Shown: one piece after another, positions 25,302-34,781 of the stretch | How the letters are laid out: each line of letters starts with the position of its first letter | Numbering within the stretch: position 1 is the first letter of the stretch | DNA from: an uncultured Candidatus Bathyarchaeia archaeon | Lineage (GTDB): Archaea > Thermoproteota > Bathyarchaeia > 40CM-2-53-6 > JALHTG01 | Direction: 5' to 3' | Length of the DNA stretch: 46,249 nt | NCBI GenBank assembly: GCA_964528315.1 | Contig: CAZGRO010000002.1 | Location: 3,664-49,912 of the forward strand | Notes under the pieces: model-generated | Told to the model about the DNA's origin: nothing | Database searches by the model: none | What the model saw: the letters and a program-made list of their open reading frames with translations, nothing else | Translations under genes and position numbers: made by a program

Positions 25302-26423
25302 TCAGCCTACTATTCTCCTTACGGTGTCAGCGACATATGACATGTCTTCCGAGGTCAGACCTGGGTGAAGCGGAAGGGAAAACACCTGACGCGCGGCCCT
25401 TTCAGTCTCAGGCAGCGACCCCTTTCGCAAACCAGAGGCCTCTCTGTAGAGTGGAAGCAGATGTAAGGGCGTCTCGTAGTAAATTGACGCTTCAATGTTC
25501 TTATCGCGGATTCTTTCCACTATCTTGTTTCTCTTGCCCGCGTTGGCTCCCCTAAGACGCACAGTATACATGCACCAAGAGTGTTTCACCCCGTCAGGTT
25601 CGGAAGGTAACGCAAGTTTCCCAGAAACCCCGACTTGATCAGTCAAAATCTTCGCATTTTGGCGTCTTCTTTCTAAGAATTCGCCGAGTCTTCTGAGCTG
25701 GGCAACGCCTATCGCAGCAACCATTTCTGTCATGTGGTAGTTGTTACCTATTCTAGAGACCCAGTATGGTCGTTCTTCGCCATGAGTTCTTATCATCTTC
25801 AGAGTCTGCACCAAATCATCGTCATTGGTTGTAATCATCCCTCCCTCGCCCGTTGTCATGTTACTGCCAGAATAGAAACTGAAGCAGGCCATCTCTCCAA
25901 GTGATCCAACCTTCCGCTGTTTGTACTCCGCTCCGTGTGCTTGAGCCGCGTCTTCGACAACTGTTATCCCTCTCTGTCGCGCTATCTCCACTATAGGATC
26001 CATGTCACACGAGAGGCCATAAAGATGAACTGGCATTATCACCTTGGTTCTCCTGCTGATGGCGTTTTCAATGTCCTCGGGAGATATACAGTACGTTTCG
26101 CTTCGTATATCAGCGAATATAGGCCTCGCGCCGCACAGTAGAACTGGAGTTCCTGTACCCGCAAAAGTAAACGAAGGTATCAGAACGTCGTCGGCACTCT
26201 TCACTCCTGCCGCAAGCAAAGCACAATGAAGTGCAGCTGTCCCAGTGTTGACCGCGACAGCGTGCTTGACGCCAACAAGCCGTGCAAACTCACGTTCAAA
26301 CTCTAACACTCGTGGCCCAGCACCACTCTTGTTAGTGAGAGTACCACTTTTCAATACAGAAACTGCAGCCTCAATCTCTTCTTTTCCCATAAGTGGTTCA
26401 TTTATCCTGATGAGCTCTCTCAA
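25302..26423 (-). CDS. DegT/DnrJ/EryC1/StrS family PLP-dependent sugar aminotransferase
   Basis: 373 aa. NTGTAALHCALLAAG, the PSFTFAGT region and HLYG all fit this family. TTG start. Confidence 0.88.
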   Translation of the reverse strand: MRELIRINEPLMGKEEIEAAVSVLKSGTLTNKSGAGPRVLEFEREFARLVGVKHAVAVNTGTAALHCALLAAGVKSADDVLIPSFTFAGTGTPVLLCGARPIFADIRSETYCISPEDIENAISRRTKVIMPVHLYGLSCDMDPIVEIARQRGITVVEDAAQAHGAEYKQRKVGSLGEMACFSFYSGSNMTTGEGGMITTNDDDLVQTLKMIRTHGEERPYWVSRIGNNYHMTEMVAAIGVAQLRRLGEFLERRRQNAKILTDQVGVSGKLALPSEPDGVKHSWCMYTVRLRGANAGKRNKIVERIRDKNIEASIYYETPLHLLPLYREASGLRKGSLPETERAARQVFSLPLHPGLTSEDMSYVADTVRRIVG

Positions 26424-26637
26424 TCTGGGTCATCTTGACTGTTCAGCAGATCAACGCACTATCTCTAAAAGACTTTTCATCAGGCTTCTGTCTTACCTGG
26501 TAGGCGTCTTCAAGCTCATCTTCTATCAAGGATAGTTGCTGATCGTGAGTCAAGGCATCGGCGAAATAACGCAGGGATCAGATACGCTTAAGAAAAGAGA
26601 AATCGATGTCCTCATCGTCCTAGGTGTGACCAAGAAG

Positions 26638-27900
26638 ATGGACCGACCTACAGTGCTCATGATCCCACTTGCAACGAAAATGCATGCTAACCGAATTGTT
26701 GAGCCAGTCAATCTCGCAAGGGAACTTCTCGAAAAGTCGGGGGTTAAGGTATTCGGAAGACAGGCTCCTGCGCTAAAAGCTGAAGATGTCTCTCGCTCCC
26801 CAGTCGAAGAGTATGACGCTATTGTGGTATTTCTTGCAAGCGGAGGTACTTCAGAGCTTGCGTCTCAAATAGTTGCTGATAACCCTTACTTTGTCTGGGC
26901 TTACGATGAAGTCAACAGTCTGTCGTCCGCTCTCAGCGTTAGGGAGAAGCTGAAGGGCATCGAGGCTTGGAGAGGTGAAATCGTGTACAACAGCTTGGAC
27001 GAGGCCCCCGAGAGTATTCTTGGACAGGCAAGAGCATCACGTCTTCTCAAGTCCCTTAAAGGGTTCAATGTTGGCCTCATAGGCGATGAGCAATACTTTG
27101 AGGAAAAAACAGAGGACTCCAAAGTTTTGACTGATCTTTTTGGAATGTCTGTGACCGAGATATCTATCGCCAGTTTGATAGACGAGTTTAGAGGCCAGAC
27201 TGATGAGAACGCTTCAAAGGTCATGAATGGCAGATTTGCAATGGCTACAATTATGGAACCTAGCCGAAAGGACCTTCTCAAGTCATGCAGGATGTATCTG
27301 GCTTTCAGGTCGTTGATTGATACCTACAAAGTTGATGCAGTATCTCTCGACTGTTTCCGGCTTATCAAGAGGACAGGGACTTCTGCGTGCCTTGGGTTCG
27401 CTCTCCTGATTGATGAGGGAAAGGTTTCGGTATGCGAAGGAGACCTTCGATCGCTGGTTTTGATGATGCTTTTCAAGGCTATAGCTGGGCCGAGCTGGCT
27501 TGGGAACCTGGTCCAGGTTGATCGAAGCCTGAATACTCTGACTCTTGCACATTGCACCGCTCCAACATCCCTCGCGGAAGCTGGCGGAAGAATCGTGTTA
27601 AGAAGTCACTTTGAATCCGGTGAGGGAGTATCTCTTGATGTCCCGTTGAGACGGATGCCGATTACAATCGCAAACATGCAATTCAAGCCTCTTCAGCTAG
27701 TTGTTGCCAAAGGCGAACTTCTCGAATCGCAGATCGGGAAATTCTCTCTTTGCAGAACTCAAGCGAAGATAAAGCTCAAAGGCGATGTCAATCGTCTTCT
27801 TCAGTTCACCGGGAACCACCATGTGATGGCGTACGGTGATTGGGCTGAGACTCTTCGGAGGATTGGGGAGAGAGTCGGAATGTCGCTGATAGAAGTATAG
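26638..27900 (+). CDS. L-fucose/L-arabinose isomerase-like family protein
   Basis: About 420 aa from ATG 26638. The GFALLIDEGKVSVCEGDL and HHVMAYGD regions resemble the COG2407 fucose-isomerase-like fold. Assignment is tentative. Confidence 0.55.
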   Translation: MDRPTVLMIPLATKMHANRIVEPVNLARELLEKSGVKVFGRQAPALKAEDVSRSPVEEYDAIVVFLASGGTSELASQIVADNPYFVWAYDEVNSLSSALSVREKLKGIEAWRGEIVYNSLDEAPESILGQARASRLLKSLKGFNVGLIGDEQYFEEKTEDSKVLTDLFGMSVTEISIASLIDEFRGQTDENASKVMNGRFAMATIMEPSRKDLLKSCRMYLAFRSLIDTYKVDAVSLDCFRLIKRTGTSACLGFALLIDEGKVSVCEGDLRSLVLMMLFKAIAGPSWLGNLVQVDRSLNTLTLAHCTAPTSLAEAGGRIVLRSHFESGEGVSLDVPLRRMPITIANMQFKPLQLVVAKGELLESQIGKFSLCRTQAKIKLKGDVNRLLQFTGNHHVMAYGDWAETLRRIGERVGMSLIEV

Positions 27901-27966
27901 TGATGCTTGGTCATTAGTCTTGTAGAGAGGTAGCTCTGAGTTTCACTTTTGCGTTATGCAGTAAAC

Positions 27967-27973
27967 CTTATAT
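27967..27973 (+). promoter_or_regulatory. TATA-like box CTTATAT about 190 nt upstream of rpoK
   Basis: Same heptamer as the other candidate promoters. Implies a long leader or a separate short transcript. Confidence 0.3.
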
Positions 27974-28160
27974 TGAGTCTGCCATGTGTGTTGGGTAATC
28001 CGCTGACTTCGAGGTAATCTTATTGAAATACAACGAGCGTGCCGAAGACCTTTCGGGGATTCTACACCCTATGGATATGGAACGGAACAGCAGAATCGGA
28101 GGAGCAGTCCAGCGTTATGGTGGATGTGGGAGCTAATCCCAGGCCGCAAGAGGGCCTTCC

Positions 28161-28460
28161 ATGAAACGATCAAAAAGAGCCAAAGCCTCTCCAAAGAAAG
28201 CAAAGGTAGCTCCGCTAATTGGACCAAAGAAACTCACAAGATTCGAAAAGGCCAGGGTGATTGGAGCTAGGGCTCTTCAGATTTCAATGGGAGCCCCTGT
28301 TCTTGTCGACACCTCACGATCATCGAAATCTCCCATAGATATCGCTTTGATGGAGCTGGAGCAAGGAGTCTTACCAATAAGCATTAGACGAACCCTGCCA
28401 GATGGGGAAAGCCAGAACATTCCTCTCAAGATATTGCTAGAGGGAGAATCTCCTAGGTAG
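28161..28460 (+). CDS. rpoK: DNA-directed RNA polymerase subunit K (Rpo6/Rpb6 homologue) with basic N-terminal extension
   Basis: [26 protein letters not shown]...[25 protein letters not shown] is the Rpb6/RpoK core. Confidence 0.9.
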   Translation: MKRSKRAKASPKKAKVAPLIGPKKLTRFEKARVIGARALQISMGAPVLVDTSRSSKSPIDIALMELEQGVLPISIRRTLPDGESQNIPLKILLEGESPR

Positions 28461-28495
28461 AACCAGCACAAGCAGCACTGAAGGTTGCCATCTCT

Positions 28496-28690
28496 ATGAG
28501 TGAATCGGAATATTGGGCGGCGGCGCTCATCCTGATGTCTGCTGCATCGGTTCTAGTTGCGTACCCTAGATTTTCTGGAAGACCGATCTTTCTGATCGAA
28601 TTTGAATTCTGCATTTTCTATGTCCCGACGTTCGTCTTGGCACTAGTATGCCTTAGCTTCCTGAGAACGGGAGCGGGTTCGCAGCCATAG
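28496..28690 (+). CDS. Possible small two-TM membrane protein
   Basis: 64-aa ATG ORF 35 nt after rpoK with two hydrophobic segments. No family recognised. Confidence 0.3.
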   Translation: MSESEYWAAALILMSAASVLVAYPRFSGRPIFLIEFEFCIFYVPTFVLALVCLSFLRTGAGSQP

Positions 28691-29174
28691 TCCTTATGGT
28701 GACAGAACGTTTTTCTTGGAATAATGTTCCGAATCCCTACGTTTCTCACGACATGCCGTCAACTGGTTTTGCCATGCTCTCTTGTTTGCTTCATGTGAAT
28801 CATTGAGAAAACGCTCATCTTACCGCCAATTGTTTCCCAATTACGCGGCCGAAGTGTACATACTTCGACTCGTACGCCAGCACGCGCGAGAATCCCAAAA
28901 CTATCATTGCCGAAAGCAGATTCTTGGGACGCTTCAAATCCTCAAAGCATCATCAAATGGCAACCATACAGCTCTAGTAACCAGCACGTCATCCCAACAT
29001 CTATTACGAAACAGCTCGGTGATTCAGCTAAGTGCGGTGAAAATCGAGGAGTTTTATTTGGATCCTCCAGCAGAGGCTAGGGATCACAGACCAGCCTCGT
29101 ATCTTGTTCACGTCTGCTGTATCTCATAGTACAATCTTATCAAGAACATAGATGAACGGTTTAGTCAGGAAAAA

Positions 29175-29786
29175 GTGAGCGCGCACGAGGTATTAGCCAC
29201 GCACCCGAAAGAATACTACGACAAAGTTGCAAGAAAATACTCGAGTATGATTACCTCTGGAGTCGGTGGCAACATGAAACGGCGAGAGATGGACTGCTTG
29301 ATGACTCTGTTGTCACCCAAGAAAGGCGAAACCATACTAGATGCCGGCTGTGGCTCAGGATTCTATGCGAAACTGATCAGGAATTCTGGCGCGAAGATAT
29401 TGTGTGTGGACATTTCTTCTGAAATGGTCGAGACAGTGAGAAGAACCGGTCTGGAGGCCGAAGTGCATGACATCGAATCAATGGATCTAGGAAGAAAGTT
29501 TGACAAGATCCTGTGTGCTGGACCGTTAGAGTTTTGCAGGAACCCGGCCAAAGCATTGCGGAACCTACGACACCACGTTACCAATGAAGGTTGTATGGTA
29601 CTTTCAACGCTTAGTGTGTCGCCCTTTGGCTTCGTATACTGGATTTACCATCTGTCTCATGGCCTGAGAATAAACCTATTCTCTCTGCGTTGGATTGTCA
29701 GATTGCTTGAGGAAGCGAAATTCAAGATTGAGACAATCCAGAAGCCCACATCCTTTCTCTATGTCATCAAGACGAAACCGTTATGA
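29175..29786 (+). CDS. Class I SAM-dependent methyltransferase
   Basis: ILDAGCGSGFYAKLI motif I and ILCAGPLEF motif. GTG start. Confidence 0.8.
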   Translation: MSAHEVLATHPKEYYDKVARKYSSMITSGVGGNMKRREMDCLMTLLSPKKGETILDAGCGSGFYAKLIRNSGAKILCVDISSEMVETVRRTGLEAEVHDIESMDLGRKFDKILCAGPLEFCRNPAKALRNLRHHVTNEGCMVLSTLSVSPFGFVYWIYHLSHGLRINLFSLRWIVRLLEEAKFKIETIQKPTSFLYVIKTKPL

Positions 29787-30011
29787 ACGGTTCTCGGGTG
29801 TCCTTCCTAGGGTCAATCAATCATTCATCAGAAGCGTCTGGTCTAGGGACGCCTACTAGCTTCCTCGATTCAGATATTCGTCATACGTTCATCGAACTAA
29901 TTGCAGCACACATTCCCAGACGCCAAAGCGTGACTTCCCTGGTCGGTCGGTGCACCGTGCAGAAGCATATCCACTCGAGGTGATGCTCGGATCCTCAAAG
30001 CTGGCGGAAGC

Positions 30012-30025
30012 GGAAGAGCTCTTCC
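30012..30025. repeat. 14-nt perfect palindrome GGAAGAGCTCTTCC in a non-coding stretch
   Basis: Preceded by a tandem GCGGAA GCGGAA. Bracketed by two GGATCC sites at about 29990 and 30033. Confidence 0.5.
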
Positions 30026-30429
30026 CGTTCTTGGATCCAGGTCCAAGCTGACAGTTGTGTAAACGATCCCAACAACTTGATAGAAGCGAAGCAAGAAATC
30101 CGCTTCCCTCGTACTGCGCACGCCTGCGCATTCTCCAAGCGATTGTTGCCATCAGAATGCTTCTCTTCTTGATCTGCCCCCCTGTCAGAAGATATGTCGA
30201 TATCAGTGAAAGCAAGCATAACACATTGTTGTTCTGTAACTTTGACTCTCCACATTTAGAGAGAACCGAGAGCTACTTTCCTCAAAAATGACTTCCCACT
30301 CGCCTACACTTGTCAATCAACAAGGGACAAGCCACATGACTCTCGCAAACATCGATTTGGATGCCACAGACTTTATTCAAAGCCTTAATTTGCCGATGCC
30401 TACATATTTCGAGGCTTAAATTGAATCAT

Positions 30430-31287
30430 GTGCTCACGATAGACTTGGAGGCCATCTCACACAGATACTTGACTGAGAGGAATTACTTACCTGAGCGGCA
30501 GAGAAGACAGGTACTAACCGAGAAAGGGAGAAAGCACCTGGACGGAGAAAGCACCATCACCTGGGCAACGGAAATCCTACGGCTCCTGAAGGAGCGGGAT
30601 CAGAGAGCGACGTTCTTCGTAGTGGGAGAAGTGCACGATTGGTATCCTGAACTTGTGCGAGAAATAAGCGAGTCCGGGCATGAGATTGCCTATCACTCTC
30701 ACACTCATGCTGAGATCAGAAACCCAGAGCTTCTCAGAGATGAAATTCAAAAATCAAGGAGATTCCTTGATAGTTACAGGCCACTCGGATTTAGAGCTCC
30801 CAGAGCTATTATGCCCGAGCGATGTCTGAATGAGTTAGCCCAGTGTGGATTCACTTACGACAGTTCCAGTTATGGCCCACCAGGCCAGTATAGGGTAATT
30901 GGAGGAATTACTGAGATTCCCATCTCTACATATAGTCTGAAGCGACAGTCGCGATTAGCTCTTCCCCGCCCTTTGTCTTTGCGATTACTCACTGGCCTGG
31001 AGATCCCCTTTGGCTCCGGCTATTTCATCTCTCTCTTCTCTCTCTTAGACAAGAGCCTGACAAGTCGCTTCGTATCGAAGTGTAGTGGCCACGGCGCCTC
31101 GGCGGTACTGTGTCTTCACCCTTGGCAATTGTTTCGAAGAAGAATAGAATCCTTTTCAGGATCAGCACTCTCACGACTTGGATTTCTGCCCTACGACTTC
31201 TGCTGTTTTCGAGCGTTTGAGCACCTTCTTCAGAATCATAGATTCTGCACGGTATCGGAACTGATTGAAGACTTGGGAATCATGTGA
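30430..31287 (+). CDS. Polysaccharide deacetylase (NodB homology/CE4-like) family protein
   Basis: LTIDLE, RATFFVVGEV and GHEIAYHSHTH motifs. Start is taken as GTG 30430 because TATA-like boxes at 30383-30390 and 30402-30409 lie inside the longer ATG-30361 ORF. 30361 remains an alternative. Confidence 0.75.
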   Translation: MLTIDLEAISHRYLTERNYLPERQRRQVLTEKGRKHLDGESTITWATEILRLLKERDQRATFFVVGEVHDWYPELVREISESGHEIAYHSHTHAEIRNPELLRDEIQKSRRFLDSYRPLGFRAPRAIMPERCLNELAQCGFTYDSSSYGPPGQYRVIGGITEIPISTYSLKRQSRLALPRPLSLRLLTGLEIPFGSGYFISLFSLLDKSLTSRFVSKCSGHGASAVLCLHPWQLFRRRIESFSGSALSRLGFLPYDFCCFRAFEHLLQNHRFCTVSELIEDLGIM

Positions 31288-31345
31288 GAAACACTCAGCT
31301 TAGAGAAATAGCAGCCGGATCAGAAGACCTGGAACTTTTCATGAA

Positions 31346-31858
31346 TCAGTCTCGAGATGAAGGTATTTGAACAAGTGTTTTGGTCATGACAATTGCTTCC
31401 TCTCCGTTTTGGTAGTAGAAGGGTATCTTTCTTGTCTCTCTGAACTCAAGCGCGTTGTACAGCTCTTGCGCAGCTTTGTTGGATGCTCGAACCTCAAGAA
31501 AGCATTCTTCTGACTCCTTTTCGATTAGGCTCTTCTCGGCTTGTCTGACCAGTTCACTTCCGATCCCCTTTCTTCGGTATTCCGGAAGAACAGCTATCGA
31601 GATTACATGGCCTTTTCTGACGAATCTAAATCTACTTGTCTCAGAGAAACCTCGTTCCACTCTACACATGATGTATGCTATTACTTGGTCGGAGTTGACT
31701 GCTACAAGGAATCCTTCAGGGAATTTCGCGTGGACCTCAAGAAAGAACGAACTTGAGTAGTTCTCTGGCAAGCATGTTCTATTGATCTCCATGACGCTGC
31801 CTAGGTCATTTGGTCCGAACCTTCGTATTGTGATATCAGTCGTCAATCCAGACTTCAA
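31346..31858 (-). CDS. ard1: N-alpha-acetyltransferase, Ard1/Naa10-type GNAT
   Basis: INRTCLPENY, KGHVISIAVLPEYRRKGIG (acetyl-CoA site), LEVRASNKAAQELY and YYQNGEEAIVM match archaeal Ard1. Probable start is TTG 31858 or 31846, downstream of a CTTATAT box at 31883-31889. The track start is 31933 (GTG). Confidence 0.85.
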   Translation of the reverse strand: MKSGLTTDITIRRFGPNDLGSVMEINRTCLPENYSSSFFLEVHAKFPEGFLVAVNSDQVIAYIMCRVERGFSETSRFRFVRKGHVISIAVLPEYRRKGIGSELVRQAEKSLIEKESEECFLEVRASNKAAQELYNALEFRETRKIPFYYQNGEEAIVMTKTLVQIPSSRD

Positions 31859-31882
31859 TCCGCTTCCTGGTTCCTGCTTAAG

Positions 31883-31889
31883 ATATAAG
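31883..31889 (-). promoter_or_regulatory. TATA-like box (C)CTTATAT upstream of ard1
   Basis: Plus strand reads ATATAAG. Lies 25-37 nt upstream of TTG 31858/31846. Confidence 0.45.
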
Positions 31890-31939
31890 GCCTTGTCAAC
31901 AAACTTCCAGATTCTTGCATCTGTGTATTCCACAGTGGC

Positions 31940-31946
31940 CTTATAT
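31940..31946 (+). promoter_or_regulatory. TATA-like box (C)CTTATAT upstream of the site-2 protease gene
   Basis: 42-48 nt upstream of ATG 31988. Mirrors the ard1 box in the same divergent intergenic region. Confidence 0.45.
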
Positions 31947-31987
31947 GATGATCCATGTTGTTAGGTGAACGTATTGGGGCAGTAGGC

Positions 31988-33100
31988 ATGTCGACGCCGG
32001 TTAAGGATGAAATCTTGGTTTCCTTTGGGGAGATCAAGAGGTCGGTGTCCTCCCGATTTGCTGTAGTGGATGCGTACGCCGATCAGCAGGCAGTCCCAAC
32101 CTTTGTGTTGAGCCCTGAACCAGCAAAGGCGAAATTCGAGTCTCTTGTTGATGAGATGACCGAGAAAGGCTTCATTCCCACTCTACGATTCGAAGATGGA
32201 GTTCTCTTGCTGAGAGTCTTCCCAAAACCTCGACTCAAAGGCACGCGTCCTCTAATCAATCTGGCTCTCCTTGTCGCCACAGTCTGCACGATCTTCGCTA
32301 CCGGCTTTGTCCTCTGGGAGGGATCTGTGTTACAGCGGGAGGTTCTAATGCCTCATGCTGGCCCTTATCTTCCAGTCAGTCTCTTCGTCCTATCACTCTT
32401 GGCGATTGTTGGTCTTCACGAGATTGGCCACAAAACTGCCTGCGAGATTCACAAGATGGATTCGACCATGCCGTACTTCATTCCGGGAATACCGCCAACT
32501 GGGACATTTGGCGCAGTCATATCTCTGAGGAGCCCCCCGCGAAACAGAGATGCTCTGTTCGACCTCGGGCTAAGCGGTCCGCTTGTGGCCTTCATCGCAC
32601 TCATCGTTGTGACTGTTCTCAGCATCCAGACGGCTTACCTCATTCCTATCGGCGATGCAGTGCTTTGGAACAAACTCGGATTGGCAGTGCCTGCTTCATG
32701 GCCAGAATACCCGCTTCTGTTTGACCTATTGATTCCAGTCGTGAGACCCTATCCGAAAGGGTTCGTCCTTTTTTTCACGCAGATTGAATTTGCGGCTTGG
32801 ATAGGCAGCCTGATTAGCTATCTGAACCTGCTGCCTATTTGGCAGTTGGATGGCGGACATTTGTCGAGAGCATTGTTCGGATCAAGAGGGCACAAGGCAG
32901 CAAGCTACCTTGGACTCACAGTAATGGTTCTGTCGGGCTTCTGGGCGTTTGCTCTTCTAATTGCAATAATGATGTTTGCCAGCGGTAAGGGATCATCAGG
33001 AATCGCACCTCTAGACGACTGGTCTCCTCTTTCAAGATCCAGAAAATGCGCCTATGCTATCGTTGTCCTCATAATCGTTATTCTCTATGTTAAGTTGTAG
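31988..33100 (+). CDS. Site-2 protease family (M50) intramembrane zinc metalloprotease
   Basis: HEIGH zinc motif (LHEIGHKTA) and NLLPIWQLDGGH motif with multiple TM helices. ATG at 31988. Confidence 0.88.
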   Translation: MSTPVKDEILVSFGEIKRSVSSRFAVVDAYADQQAVPTFVLSPEPAKAKFESLVDEMTEKGFIPTLRFEDGVLLLRVFPKPRLKGTRPLINLALLVATVCTIFATGFVLWEGSVLQREVLMPHAGPYLPVSLFVLSLLAIVGLHEIGHKTACEIHKMDSTMPYFIPGIPPTGTFGAVISLRSPPRNRDALFDLGLSGPLVAFIALIVVTVLSIQTAYLIPIGDAVLWNKLGLAVPASWPEYPLLFDLLIPVVRPYPKGFVLFFTQIEFAAWIGSLISYLNLLPIWQLDGGHLSRALFGSRGHKAASYLGLTVMVLSGFWAFALLIAIMMFASGKGSSGIAPLDDWSPLSRSRKCAYAIVVLIIVILYVKL

Positions 33101-33452
33101 TCGACTAGAGATTTGGCATTGCCTGCCACTCTGAAAATCCAAACACTGGTGCGTCTATTGGATTCTGCCAAGCGCGCTGGAACTCAGTTGATCACAAATG
33201 CCAGGTTCCTTCCAAAGGAGAAAAGGCCCTCACAAGATACGCGCAAATGGTGTCCATCACGCGACACAAGGAAGTTGTTTGCTTCTCCTTTTTGATTGCC
33301 ATTCTATGCCTCTTATTCGCAATTTTCATTTGGTATTCGGTCAATACGTAGGCCCTGCCAGTCCCATCCTTGACCGATGCAGATCAAGCTGGCCCGCGAC
33401 CTTGCAAGTAGGACGAACGGAACTGTTCGGACCGTTCACTAGTGATGCCGCA

Positions 33453-34724
33453 CTATGCCTTGTGTTCGAGAAGAACGGGAAGCGTTGAGGCACCGTGCGG
33501 GATGACTAAGACCCTCGAATCCTTTCCAATAGTCCTCAATGAAGTCTGAAGTGCTCCAGTAACAGTTCGCCCAGGACGCATTCTGAAGACCCTTGAGACA
33601 TAGTAATCGGGTATGGTGGAAACCAAGTACACCCTCACTTTTTCAAGAGTTTTCGCGAGAAGATATGCGTATTGCCCTCCTATTTCGAATTTCTTTGTGA
33701 TCTCCTGTTCGAGTCGTCGCGACTTGTCGAACCTTTCCATCCATTGACCAAAGACTTGGTTTCCATAGCCTTCAGAACACTCCGCAACGAGGACTATTGC
33801 ACCTCCGTCTTCCACGACATCAAGCGCGTAGCACAGTGATTCAATTGACTGACACAGGGTGGCGTCTTCAGGACTGCCGCCTGCACTCACCACAGCAATG
33901 TCGACCTTGGATTCGCAAGGCACTTTGCACATGTCCCCCACCTTCGTAGACGCGCTATGGAATGCCTTCTGAAGATCTCCAGAGAAGACTCGCACAGTCT
34001 GTCCTGCTCTGTTGAGAACTGCATTAACCATAAAATCGACCCCAGCCAGCTCAGCCGCTTCAGTCATGTCTTCACTAACGGGATTACCATTGAGGACTGC
34101 CGGGTGCGCGTTGACGTGAACAAGAAGCGCATGGTTATGCGAGATTGTCTGTTCACCAGATACACCAGGCAGTACGCCTGTGCGGCCTCCTGTATAGCCC
34201 GCATATGGGTGCAACCCCACACTTCCAATAAGTATCTTGACATCGGCTTTGGCGAACATTGTGTTGAGAAAGACTCCTGTACCACGACTTGTTTCGCCCA
34301 CACGCACATGATCTTTGGATCTACAGTTGTGGCTGAGGATTTTCAATCGATTCAAGAGCTCTGTTTCACCCACCTGTAATATCTGTTGCACCCGGGTAGA
34401 CCCTTGCATGTTGGTCCCAAAGAGAACCGTGATCTCTTCCGGCCTGAGTCCTGCTCCGATAAGCTCCATGATCACTGGCGCAACCAGATCGTTGACTATT
34501 GTCGATCTCACCGTGCCTTCAATCACGAGAACGGCTCTTTCGCCAGTCTTGACCATGGAACGAAGCGGCCTTGAGCAGATGGGCTTTTGAAGTGATCGTT
34601 CTACATGAGATGCAAGATTCTTGACAACATCATCGTCCTTAGTCTCAATCGCTCCCTTGAAATTCTCTTCTGGAACTTTCACGGAAACCTTCGTCTTTCC
34701 GTAAGGAAGCCAGATCTCCACCAT
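33453..34724 (-). CDS. LarA-family (nickel-pincer dependent lactate racemase-like, DUF2088) protein
   Basis: Start MVEIWLPYGKT, and a GLHPYAGYTGG motif typical of LarA homologues. Substrate unknown. ATG at 34724; the track start is 34760. Confidence 0.8.
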   Translation of the reverse strand: MVEIWLPYGKTKVSVKVPEENFKGAIETKDDDVVKNLASHVERSLQKPICSRPLRSMVKTGERAVLVIEGTVRSTIVNDLVAPVIMELIGAGLRPEEITVLFGTNMQGSTRVQQILQVGETELLNRLKILSHNCRSKDHVRVGETSRGTGVFLNTMFAKADVKILIGSVGLHPYAGYTGGRTGVLPGVSGEQTISHNHALLVHVNAHPAVLNGNPVSEDMTEAAELAGVDFMVNAVLNRAGQTVRVFSGDLQKAFHSASTKVGDMCKVPCESKVDIAVVSAGGSPEDATLCQSIESLCYALDVVEDGGAIVLVAECSEGYGNQVFGQWMERFDKSRRLEQEITKKFEIGGQYAYLLAKTLEKVRVYLVSTIPDYYVSRVFRMRPGRTVTGALQTSLRTIGKDSRVLVIPHGASTLPVLLEHKA

Positions 34725-34781
34725 TGGTCGTGACCATGTGTTCCGAAGTCTGGTCATCATTTAAACCAATCGAACCAGAAA

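Noticed and set aside
28782-29129. Plus-strand 115-aa TTG-start ORF.
   Set aside because: Its composition and lack of motifs suggest non-coding sequence. I treat it as part of the non-coding gap reported in the findings.
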